Below are positions 10,376-18,781 of a DNA stretch of 64,000 nt, piece by piece. This DNA comes from Verrucomicrobiota bacterium (lineage in GTDB: Bacteria; Verrucomicrobiota; Verrucomicrobiia; Opitutales; Coraliomargaritaceae). Below the pieces are notes generated by a model. That model had not been told where the DNA came from and did no database searches. It worked only from the letters and a program-made list of their open reading frames with translations. How positions within the stretch are numbered: position 1 is the stretch's first letter; each line of letters opens with the position of its first letter. A program made the position numbers and the translations under genes. Location of the stretch: NCBI GenBank assembly GCA_039815375.1, contig JBCBZJ010000005.1, forward strand, positions 82,337-146,336, in the 5' to 3' direction.

Positions 10376-11911
10376 ATGGATAAGAAGTTCTATATCACCA
10401 CTGCCATCGATTATGCCAATGGCTCGCCACACCTCGGCCATGCCTATGAAAAAGTGCTGACGGATATCGTTGCACGCTTTCGTCGAATGATGGGTGATGA
10501 GGTTAAATTTGTCACTGGTCTTGATGAGCATGGGCAGAAAGTTCAAATGTCGGCACAAAAGGCAGGAGTGCCACCGATTGAGATATGCGACCGTCTTGCA
10601 GAGGAGTTTCAGGCTCTCTGCAATCGCCTTGAAATTTCGAACGACGACTACATCCGTACCACACAGGAGCGCCACAAGAGAGTGGTTCAGGACATTCTGC
10701 AAAAGCTCTACGACAAAGGAGAAATTTATAAAGCCGACTACAATGGTTACTACAGCGTCCGCCAGGAACAGTTTGTGACAGAGAAAGAGAAGGTCGATGG
10801 CGAGTGGCCCGAGATCTACGGTGATGTGGTCGAAGTCACTGAAACGAACTATTTTTTCAAGCTCGCGCAGTATCAGGATTGGTTACTCGATTTCATTCAG
10901 AGTAACGAGGACCTTATCTACCCGCGCTTTCGCAGTGCGGATGTGTTGCAGTTCCTTAAAGAGCCGCTCAATGATCTTTGCATTTCACGCCCGAAAGAAC
11001 GTCTGGAATGGGGCATAGAACTTCCGTTCGATACCGGCTTCGTAACTTATGTCTGGTTCGATGCGCTTACCAACTACATCACCGCGGCCGGCTATGGTGC
11101 TGACGACTTTGAGCAACATTGGCCCGTTGACTACCATGTCATCGGTAAAGACATTTTAGTGCCGCCGCACGCAGTCTATTGGCCGATCATGCTCAAGGCG
11201 CTCGATATCCCACTGCCGAAGCATTTTCTAGTCCACGGTTGGTGGCTCAGCTCAGGTGCGAAAATGTCTAAAAGCACAGGTGACGTGGTCAATCCGCTTG
11301 ATCTCATCGATCAGTTCGGAGCCGATGCCTTCCGCTACTTTGTCACCCGCGAGATGAACGTTGGGCAGGACAGCGAATTTTCACAGGACTTATTCATGAG
11401 TCGCTATAACAGCGACCTCGCCAATGACCTAGGTAACCTCGTCAGCCGTTTGCTCAACATGGGCGGCCGCTATACCGAAAGCAAAGTTCCAGAGGCCAGA
11501 CTTGAGGAAGCTCCTGAAAAAGAACTCAAGGCGCTTTGGAATACAACTGCTCAGGAGCTCATCCCGCTATACGAGGGTTTCCAATTCCACAAAGCGCTCG
11601 ACCGGATCTTTACCTTTATCTCCGGTATCAACAAATATGCCGAGACTCGGGCACCCTGGAAGCTGGCAAAGTCAGATACACCTGAAGATCAGGAAGCGCT
11701 TAAGACCTCTCTGGCTACGATGGCAGAGGCACTGCGTCTTTCGGTTGTACTGCTCACTCCTGTTATGCCCGATATTTCCTCAAAGGTGCGCAGCTTGATT
11801 GGCGCTGTGGACTTCGATTTAATTGAAGGACAATTGGAGTGGGGTAGTTCGCTCGAAGGTCAGGCACTCGGTGAAAAGACGATTCTCTTTCCCCGTCCAG
11901 AGAAAAGCTAG
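10376..11911 (+). CDS. metG: Methionyl-tRNA synthetase (short form)
   Basis: FYITTAIDYANGSPHLGH (HIGH), YVWFDAL and KMSKS motifs. Confidence 0.97.
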   Translation: MDKKFYITTAIDYANGSPHLGHAYEKVLTDIVARFRRMMGDEVKFVTGLDEHGQKVQMSAQKAGVPPIEICDRLAEEFQALCNRLEISNDDYIRTTQERHKRVVQDILQKLYDKGEIYKADYNGYYSVRQEQFVTEKEKVDGEWPEIYGDVVEVTETNYFFKLAQYQDWLLDFIQSNEDLIYPRFRSADVLQFLKEPLNDLCISRPKERLEWGIELPFDTGFVTYVWFDALTNYITAAGYGADDFEQHWPVDYHVIGKDILVPPHAVYWPIMLKALDIPLPKHFLVHGWWLSSGAKMSKSTGDVVNPLDLIDQFGADAFRYFVTREMNVGQDSEFSQDLFMSRYNSDLANDLGNLVSRLLNMGGRYTESKVPEARLEEAPEKELKALWNTTAQELIPLYEGFQFHKALDRIFTFISGINKYAETRAPWKLAKSDTPEDQEALKTSLATMAEALRLSVVLLTPVMPDISSKVRSLIGAVDFDLIEGQLEWGSSLEGQALGEKTILFPRPEKS

Positions 11912-11922
11912 TGCAATTGTAG

Positions 11923-11952
11923 ATGAAGGGGCTGCTTCAAAGGCCTCTTCAT
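11923..11952. terminator. Hairpin between convergent genes (possible bidirectional terminator)
   Basis: ATGAAGGGGC...GCCTCTTCAT inverted repeat. Confidence 0.45.
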
Positions 11953-11958
11953 GAACGC

Positions 11959-12213
11959 TTACTTCTTGTCATTTAAGCGATTGTTGCGGGTCTGTCGCCA
12001 GCTTTCGCGATGTTTGCGTATCCAGTCAAGGAGTGCACGCTCGAAGCCTATGTCCTTGCCGAGCTTCTCAGACTCCAGCCATTTGTGTTTTAAGATTTCT
12101 TCGCGTTCCGCGAGGAATTCCTGATAAAGACTGGAGCGTTGTGCAAAATCTTGCTTCGAACTGGGTGCAGCTACGGATGCGGGCATTTTTTTTTCGTTTT
12201 CGTCCTGACTCAT
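11959..12213 (-). CDS. Small conserved protein (DUF4032-like)
   Basis: EILKHKWLESEKLGKDIGFERALLDW motif. Confidence 0.75.
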   Translation of the reverse strand: MSQDENEKKMPASVAAPSSKQDFAQRSSLYQEFLAEREEILKHKWLESEKLGKDIGFERALLDWIRKHRESWRQTRNNRLNDKK

Positions 12214-12300
12214 GCAGATGTGGTGGCAATTTGTGACAGAATGGTAAAACTACCATTCTGAATCACTTAGGCTAGTCCAAAAACACCACTAGGCTATTTT

Positions 12301-13374
12301 TTATGGAAGTTTTGCTAATATCGCCTCAGCCACTTTAAAAAATTCTTTTGCAGCATTGGACTCTGGGTCACTGATCACAATGGGTATGCCGTTGTCACCG
12401 CCTTGGCGGATGTGCGTGTCGAGTGGGATCTGACCTAAAAGACTGGCTTCCAAGCTCTTCGCGGTCTCCGTGCCGCCGCCTTCGCCAAAAATTGCCTGCT
12501 TCAAGCCATCTGGTCCTTCCAAATAGCTCATGTTTTCGACGACACCCAGGATCGGGACGCTGACCTTGTCGAACATACGTGCTCCGCGGCGAGCTACATT
12601 GAACGCAGCAGGCTGAGGGGTGGTGACAATGACAGCGCCCTCCAGTGGTATCGTCTGCACGAGAGAAAGTTGAGCATCGCCCGTGCCGGGCGGAAGGTCG
12701 ACAACAAGAATCTCCAGTTCGCCCCAGTCCACATTTTGCGCGAATTGCTGGATAGTCTTCATAATCATCGGACCGCGCCAAACAACGGGGGTGTCTTCGT
12801 CGATCAAAAAGCCCATCGACATACTGCGAACACCGAAATTTTCGATCGGCATGATCATCTCTTTAGCAATCTCGGGCCGTCCGGCCGCACCGAGCATTAA
12901 GGGAATGGAAGGCCCGTAAATATCGCAGTCCATAATACCGACTCCCGGCTTTCCGGCTTCTTCAAGCTTCCGCTGAAGTGCGCATGCTAGATTGACAGTG
13001 ACAGTGGACTTGCCGACACCACCTTTACCACTGGCTACCGCGATGGCGTATTTCACCTTTTGCATCGAGGTTGCTCCGGTCGGCTGTGAGTTTGCCGAAC
13101 CGGAGGCTGCGGGTGAGGGCTGCTGCTGTGGCTTGGAAATTTCCATTCGCACCTTGACCTCGTGAACACCCTCCAATGCACCGGCTGTCGCTTTTATGTC
13201 GGCGGCGATTTTCTCTGGCACTCTATCATCACCGGTCGTTATCTCAATTCCGATCAATGCGTTGCCGTCAGCGTCGATTTCGATATCACGGACCAACCCG
13301 AAAGAGACGATGTCTCGACTGAATCCGGGATATTTTACTTGCTTAAGGGCGTCTTTGATCTGGTTGCTGTCCAC
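12301..13374 (-). CDS. mrp: Mrp/NBP35 Fe-S cluster carrier ATPase (ApbC)
   Basis: N-terminal FeS_assembly_P-like domain; ASGKGGVGKS, DIYGPS, WRGPM and DLPPGTGD motifs. Confidence 0.95.
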   Translation of the reverse strand: MDSNQIKDALKQVKYPGFSRDIVSFGLVRDIEIDADGNALIGIEITTGDDRVPEKIAADIKATAGALEGVHEVKVRMEISKPQQQPSPAASGSANSQPTGATSMQKVKYAIAVASGKGGVGKSTVTVNLACALQRKLEEAGKPGVGIMDCDIYGPSIPLMLGAAGRPEIAKEMIMPIENFGVRSMSMGFLIDEDTPVVWRGPMIMKTIQQFAQNVDWGELEILVVDLPPGTGDAQLSLVQTIPLEGAVIVTTPQPAAFNVARRGARMFDKVSVPILGVVENMSYLEGPDGLKQAIFGEGGGTETAKSLEASLLGQIPLDTHIRQGGDNGIPIVISDPESNAAKEFFKVAEAILAKLP

Positions 13375-13537
13375 GTTCTACAAATGGTTTAAAGCTCACT
13401 ACACTGAAAGGCTTGTGGTCCGACACAAGCTGTATCGAATGTTTTTCAACAAATGCTGAATTAGTCGGTCCGAATTAGTCGGTTCTCTTGCGATTTGCAT
13501 TTGCGATTTGATCCACCATTCGGCTATCTCCCAAATC

Positions 13538-14725
13538 ATGCGTTTTCTTTCGTTTTCTGTTCTTTCGGTTCTCTCCTTTTTTATACTCTCAACAGGCGCT
13601 CAGGCTCAGATTTCGATCGGCGAGGCGATTCGGAAAGGGGATAAATTGGCAATTACGATCCAGGGCTCTGACTCGACCATTCGCACTCTGGCAAGACGGG
13701 CTTTCAGTCTGCATGGGGGCGTGATTGTCACAACTCCGGCGAATGCCGCGTTCACCGTCACGATCGAACGGGCTGCGGGCGAATCTGCTCTTGTTACAGT
13801 TGGCTCTGGTCAACCTTATCGTGAGCAACTGCGCCGGACTATTTCTGGAAGTAGTTTTCAGAATGCCGTCTTACGTGCCTGCGATCTAGTGGTCGAGGCA
13901 ACCCTCAAGGAGAAGGGCTTTTTTGCCGGTAAGCTGGCTTTCGTTGGAAAACAACGAGGCATTTCCGAAATCTACACTTCAGATCTCCTCTTTAGTCAGG
14001 TGCGGCCACTGACACGTGACCGTTCACTCGTTACCGGTCCTTGCTGGTCGCCGGACGGTAGCCGCTTACTTTACACAACTTATTATAAAACTGGCTTTCC
14101 GGATATCTACTCGATCAACCTCGGCACCGGCCGCAAAGAACCGATCGCTACTTTCAAGGGCACCAACTCCGGTGGTGCTTACAGCCCTGACGGACGTCGT
14201 ATCGCGATGGCACTTTCCGGCACTGGAAATTCTGAAATCTTCATCGCAGATAACCGTGGGAAAGACGTCCGCCGCATCACCAGTAACCGGAGCCTTGAAG
14301 CGAGCCCGGACTGGTCGCCGGATGGTCGACGTCTTGTCTACACTTCCGACGCGCCCGGCAAGCCCCAGCTTTACATCATATCTGTTAATGGTGGTGCCGC
14401 GCAGCGCATTCCGACCAATATCAGTAGCTATTGCTCCGAGCCTGTCTGGAATCCGGTTGATGCAAACAAGATCGCATTCACCGCTTCGATTGGAGGCGGC
14501 TTTCAAATCGCGATTTATGATTTCGAGACCCGCACAAGCAAACAAATCACCTCCGGCGCGAGCTCTGTTGAACCGGTCTGGCTGCGTGATGGCCGCCATC
14601 TTGTTTTCACCAAGCGTGAAGGCGGACGTACCCGTCTCATGATCGTCGATTCGGAAACCGGTAAGGTCTCTGCCCTTCATCAGCCGGGTTTCGGCGACGC
14701 TTCGTCTGCTAGCTTCGTCTACTAG
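13538..14725 (+). CDS. tolB: TolB-like beta-propeller protein
   Basis: Signal peptide; repeated WSPDG (PD40) motifs. Confidence 0.85.
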   Translation: MRFLSFSVLSVLSFFILSTGAQAQISIGEAIRKGDKLAITIQGSDSTIRTLARRAFSLHGGVIVTTPANAAFTVTIERAAGESALVTVGSGQPYREQLRRTISGSSFQNAVLRACDLVVEATLKEKGFFAGKLAFVGKQRGISEIYTSDLLFSQVRPLTRDRSLVTGPCWSPDGSRLLYTTYYKTGFPDIYSINLGTGRKEPIATFKGTNSGGAYSPDGRRIAMALSGTGNSEIFIADNRGKDVRRITSNRSLEASPDWSPDGRRLVYTSDAPGKPQLYIISVNGGAAQRIPTNISSYCSEPVWNPVDANKIAFTASIGGGFQIAIYDFETRTSKQITSGASSVEPVWLRDGRHLVFTKREGGRTRLMIVDSETGKVSALHQPGFGDASSASFVY

Positions 14726-15019
14726 ATTGCAGGGCGTCTGCTCTGGCAGTACCATCGGCATGGGTATTTGAAGATGCCAAGATTTTCGTTCCTGTTCAGA
14801 GTCCCTGGAAAACGCTCTGGGTCGAAGGTCCATTGTGCGCTCCAAGTTGGAACTGAGAGCTGCCAGCAGGCTTGAAACAAACTATAACTTGAATCTAAAC
14901 ACTTTGCTCTCTCATTCAAGCAGACCTAATTTCAGGGGGCAGGTCGTGTTCCTTTCTTTTTTCTCATACGGTGAAGCATTAGCGACGCCGAGGTCCTTTT
15001 CCATGCTTGCTGTTTCGAT

Positions 15020-15274
15020 CTAGTAGTGGTGTCGGAGTTGAGCGATCAATATCTCGTCTTCTTCAATGCGATAGACGATGCGATGTTCTTCATTTATTCT
15101 TCTAGACCAGAATCCTGTTAATGCATTTTTCAGTGGCTCAGGCTTTCCGATTCCTTCATGTAAATTCCGGTCGATATCTCTAATCAGCTCATTTACTTTC
15201 CTGAGCATTCTTTTATCTGTCTTCTGCCAATAGAGATAATCTTCCCAAGCTCGATCCGAGAATACTTTCTTCAT
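15020..15274 (-). CDS. yoeB: Txe/YoeB family toxin
   Basis: AWEDYLYWQ...GIGKPEPLK...WSRRINEEHRIVY...RHHY. Confidence 0.96.
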   Translation of the reverse strand: MKKVFSDRAWEDYLYWQKTDKRMLRKVNELIRDIDRNLHEGIGKPEPLKNALTGFWSRRINEEHRIVYRIEEDEILIAQLRHHY

Positions 15275-15522
15275 TCACCTAATTCTCTTTCCGATCCTTT
15301 CCCCGCGTTCAGTTGTTCGATAGATTCGATAAGTCTTTTTGCGTTTTTTGGACTGCGAAGAAGGTAAGTGGTCTCCTGCATCGATTCAAAATCCTCTAAA
15401 GAAATCATGACTACCGCATCAGTTCCTTTTTTTGTGATGATGACCGGATCGTGGTTCTCGCAAACGTCTGTAATGGTGGTAGCAAGATTCTCTCTCGCGT
15501 GAGAATAGGTGATAGCGTTCAT
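15271..15522 (-). CDS. yefM: YefM/Phd antitoxin
   Basis: MNAITYSHARENLA...PVIIT...ETTYLLRSPKNAKRL; ATGA overlap with yoeB. Confidence 0.95.
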   Translation of the reverse strand: MNAITYSHARENLATTITDVCENHDPVIITKKGTDAVVMISLEDFESMQETTYLLRSPKNAKRLIESIEQLNAGKGSERELGE

Positions 15523-15525
15523 GAT

Positions 15526-15558
15526 TGTCCAATATGTTGGACATGTTATAGCTGTCAA
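15526..15558 (-). promoter_or_regulatory. yefM-yoeB promoter with operator palindrome
   Basis: TTGACA (15558-15553), CATATT 16 bp downstream, overlapped by the inverted repeat TGTCCAA-N4-TTGGACA (15526-15543). Confidence 0.75.
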
Positions 15559-15569
15559 ATTTTCTTTCT

Positions 15570-15678
15570 GCTCAACAGCGGGCCCGATAGCGCAACGAAG
15601 CAGCGCTATCGAGGAGAGGATTCACGGAGAGTAGCACTGCAGTGCTACTCGTAGTTGCCATCTCCCGTTTGGTTTGCA
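15570..15678 (-). repeat. attC site
   Basis: Minus strand TGCAAAC-caaacGGGAGATGGCAACTACGAGTAGCACTGCAGTGCTACTC...GTTGAGC; internal palindromes. Confidence 0.7.
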
Positions 15679-16175
15679 CCCCATCGGTCGTTTTTCCAAC
15701 CATTCATTTTAAATTTTTCCACCCTACGTTCATTACTAAAGAGAACATTACCATCCAATCCTTCTCCTTTCGTGTTGAATTCATCGAAGCTTGATAAAAC
15801 AACCACCTCGTAAACCGGTTCTAGTGAGAAATCGGCATCTGGATCCGATGATTCTAGGTCCAAATAATAATAAACCCCTGAACGAATCCCCCATGTTCCT
15901 TTATATAAAGTTTCCTTCCTTACATCATCATAGGTCTCATCCACAACACAGGCATAAGTTCCATCATCGTGTCTTACAATCTCCCATCGAATCTCACGAT
16001 TTTCGGCGGCCCACATTCCAACTGCCTGCAACTCTTCGGGATTCATTGGCTGGGATTTTCGAGCCCCATAAATTTCGGTAGCTTGATAGGATCTACTAAG
16101 CCCATTCTGAGTCCAGGGCACAAAGAAGCCGCAAGTAAGGAGGGCAAAAATAATCAGTATCGGTATGCGCTTCAT
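15645..16175 (-). CDS. Cassette-borne secreted hypothetical protein
   Basis: Signal peptide MKRIPILIIFALLTCG; C-terminus NQTGDGNYE is encoded inside the attC. Confidence 0.75.
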   Translation of the reverse strand: MKRIPILIIFALLTCGFFVPWTQNGLSRSYQATEIYGARKSQPMNPEELQAVGMWAAENREIRWEIVRHDDGTYACVVDETYDDVRKETLYKGTWGIRSGVYYYLDLESSDPDADFSLEPVYEVVVLSSFDEFNTKGEGLDGNVLFSNERRVEKFKMNGWKNDRWGANQTGDGNYE

Positions 16176-16798
16176 AGTAGTCGCGAACGTTTTCAGTCTT
16201 ATGTAGGTATGAGTAAAAAGCATAGTAAATAGCAATTTAAATTAGGTTTGATCGAAATGATTCGGACTGCTGTCTGCTTCGCTAACCGTCGGGTTTGCAT
16301 GCGGCGGCCTTCCGGCTGGTTGGCAAGATACCGTAAATTTTGTGCTGCTGCATGCGGCGGAAACTATTGTGTATCCGTTATTGTTTTAACGCGGACAAGT
16401 CCGATATATTGCTTAGTTTATAAACGGTATTTAAGAGCCTGATTAGATTTAGGCTACAACTCATCCTGGGCCCTTTATTTCCCAGGAAGGAGTCGTTTGG
16501 GTTGCTGGTGTAATGATGGCGCTTTGATGTGGTGGTATTTTTACCGGATTGATCTTAGATATTAGAGGTGCAAAGACGGATTTAAAAAATCATGTCGCCT
16601 GCATCTGACATATACGAGTGGTTCATAGTAGAGTATACAAGATTGGGCCTAAAGGAGTGCTGTTTCGATTGGGTAGCCTTGAACTGATGTTTTTGAGATA
16701 ATATGCGCAGAAAGCATTTGAGGGCCCTTGAATTTGTAGTTTTCCGGTTGAGTGCTTGATTTCGAATCTTTTGCGGGGTTTGTTTTCAAATTCATCTC

Positions 16799-17839
16799 AT
16801 GAAATTCTCGAATGTTGCCATTGAATCGATCGCTTATGCCTTGCCGGAGGAGGTATGGACGTCTGCCGATCTCGAGGCAAAGCTGTCCGAGGTCTACCAG
16901 CGGCTTGGTTTACCAGAGGGCCGCTTGGAGTTAATGACGGGCATTCGTGAGCGACGTTTCTGGCCCAGGGGCACAAATCCTTCTGCCGCTTCAGCAAAGG
17001 CGGGGGAGGCGGTGTTTGCCAAGTCGTCGATTGATCGTAGCAAGATTGATTTGTTGATTCACTCGGCGGTTTGCCGCGACCGTCTGGAGCCGGCCACGGC
17101 AGCCTACGTGCATGGTTTGCTTAAGTTACCGGGGCAGACGCAGATTTTTGATGTCTCAAATGCCTGCCTCGGTTTTCTCAATGCGATGGTGATTGCCGGC
17201 AGTATGATCGAGAGTGGGCAGATCGAATACGCCCTGATTTGTTCGGGTGAAGACGGTCGGCCTCTGGTTGAGAATACGATCAGGCAGCTTAAAAATCCGG
17301 AGCTGACCCGGAAAACGATCAAGCCTTACTTTGCAAACCTGACCATTGGGGCAGGTGCGGTGGCTGCGGTCATTTGCCGGAAGGATCTCGCTCCTGTATC
17401 CCGCATTCAACTACGGGCTGCTGCAGTCGAAACGGACAGCTCCGCGAACGAGCTCTGTCAGGGAGACAGTGCCGGGGATGCACTGGAGATGTTGACTGAT
17501 TCGGAGGAGCTGCTTGTGGCTGGAATCAATGTGGCCAAGCGAAACTGGGCACGTTTCACCGAAGTGGCAGGTTGGACGCCGGACTCTCCGGAACGCGTCT
17601 TCACGCACCAGGTGGGCAAGGCGCACACACGCGAACTCTTCAATGCGCTCGATCTGGATTTGAAAAAAGACTACACGACTTTTGAAACGCTGGGTAATGT
17701 CGGCTCGGTATCTTGCCCAATAACTCTGGCCTATGCAATCGAGGCTGGTGCCTACTCTCCGGGGGAGAAGGCAGCATTGCTCGGTATCGGCAGCGGTCTG
17801 AGCAGTATTATGATGGCCCTCGAGTGGCCCGAATCATGA
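16799..17839 (+). CDS. oleA: OleA-type acyl-CoA condensing enzyme (thiolase/FabH family)
   Basis: GLPEGRLELMTGIRERRFW, LEPATA, FDVSNACLGF, HQVG, GNVGS and LLGIGSGL motifs typical of OleA. Confidence 0.88.
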   Translation: MKFSNVAIESIAYALPEEVWTSADLEAKLSEVYQRLGLPEGRLELMTGIRERRFWPRGTNPSAASAKAGEAVFAKSSIDRSKIDLLIHSAVCRDRLEPATAAYVHGLLKLPGQTQIFDVSNACLGFLNAMVIAGSMIESGQIEYALICSGEDGRPLVENTIRQLKNPELTRKTIKPYFANLTIGAGAVAAVICRKDLAPVSRIQLRAAAVETDSSANELCQGDSAGDALEMLTDSEELLVAGINVAKRNWARFTEVAGWTPDSPERVFTHQVGKAHTRELFNALDLDLKKDYTTFETLGNVGSVSCPITLAYAIEAGAYSPGEKAALLGIGSGLSSIMMALEWPES

Positions 17840-18726
17840 AGCATTTAAGAGCCAGTGATTTGCCGCCTGATGTGCGGCTTGAGTATCCCTATGCTGGGAA
17901 TCTTTTTGAGCAACCTGATGGGGTGATGATGCACTACCTCGACGAGGGTAGCGGACCGGTAGTGCTCATGCTCCATGGCAATCCGACCTGGTCTTTCTAT
18001 TTTCGTAACCTTGTTGATGAATTGGTTGAGGCGGGTTTTCGTTGTATTGTGCCCGATCACGTGGGCTGTGGGCTATCCGACAAACCTCAGGAATATGATT
18101 ACACGTTGGAGCGACGGATCGCCGATGTGCAAGGTCTGATGGAGCATCTCGGAATCTCCAGCTTCAGTCTAGTGGTCCACGATTGGGGCGGAGCGATCGG
18201 TTGCGGCCTAGCCACGCGTCGACCGGAAGCCCTTAAGAAGCTGGTTCTCCTCAACACTGCGGCCTTTGTATCAAAGCGAATCCCTTTGCGGATCTGGTTA
18301 GTGAAGCTGCCGATTATTGGGCAGGCCATCATCCGGGGTATCAACGGGTTTGCCGGACCGGCAGCGATCATGTCTGTCGAGAAGCCCCTGTCCCCTTCGG
18401 TGAAGCGTGGTTTTCTCTACCCTTACCGGCGATGGTCGGAACGCGTAGCAGTTTGGAATTTTGTAAAGGACATCCCTATGGACGAATCCCATCCTTCTTT
18501 CGCTCAACTTGCTGCGATTGAAGCGGGTCTGGGGTTACTTAAAAAAAAGCCGGTCCAAATGGTTTGGGGTGGAAAAGATTTTTGTTTCAATATGCATTTT
18601 CTAGATCGCTGGCGTGAGATCTTCCCCGAGGCGGAATGTTGCCTGCATGAAGATGCGGGACACTACATTCTGGAAGACGGCGGCGTAGAGGCTATCGAGC
18701 AAATCACAGCGTTCCTGTCTCAATAG
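17836..18726 (+). CDS. oleB: OleB-type alpha/beta hydrolase (beta-lactone decarboxylase / haloalkane dehalogenase subfamily III)
   Basis: HGNPTWSFYFR, HDWGG, WGGKDFCF and AGHYILED motifs; ATGA-coupled to oleA. Confidence 0.85.
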   Translation: MKHLRASDLPPDVRLEYPYAGNLFEQPDGVMMHYLDEGSGPVVLMLHGNPTWSFYFRNLVDELVEAGFRCIVPDHVGCGLSDKPQEYDYTLERRIADVQGLMEHLGISSFSLVVHDWGGAIGCGLATRRPEALKKLVLLNTAAFVSKRIPLRIWLVKLPIIGQAIIRGINGFAGPAAIMSVEKPLSPSVKRGFLYPYRRWSERVAVWNFVKDIPMDESHPSFAQLAAIEAGLGLLKKKPVQMVWGGKDFCFNMHFLDRWREIFPEAECCLHEDAGHYILEDGGVEAIEQITAFLSQ

Positions 18727-18781
18727 TATACGTTATTTTACTCGTAAGGAACGGTGTAAATTACGTAGTATGTCTTAGAAA

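Larger units (their letters stand above)
14960..16325 (-). mobile_element. Small integron-type cassette cluster without integrase (CALIN-like)
   Basis: attC at 15570-15678 shares its sequence family with the 61-63 kb attCs; degenerate attC-like sites near 14960-15015 and 16280-16325; co-oriented AT-rich genes. Confidence 0.7.
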
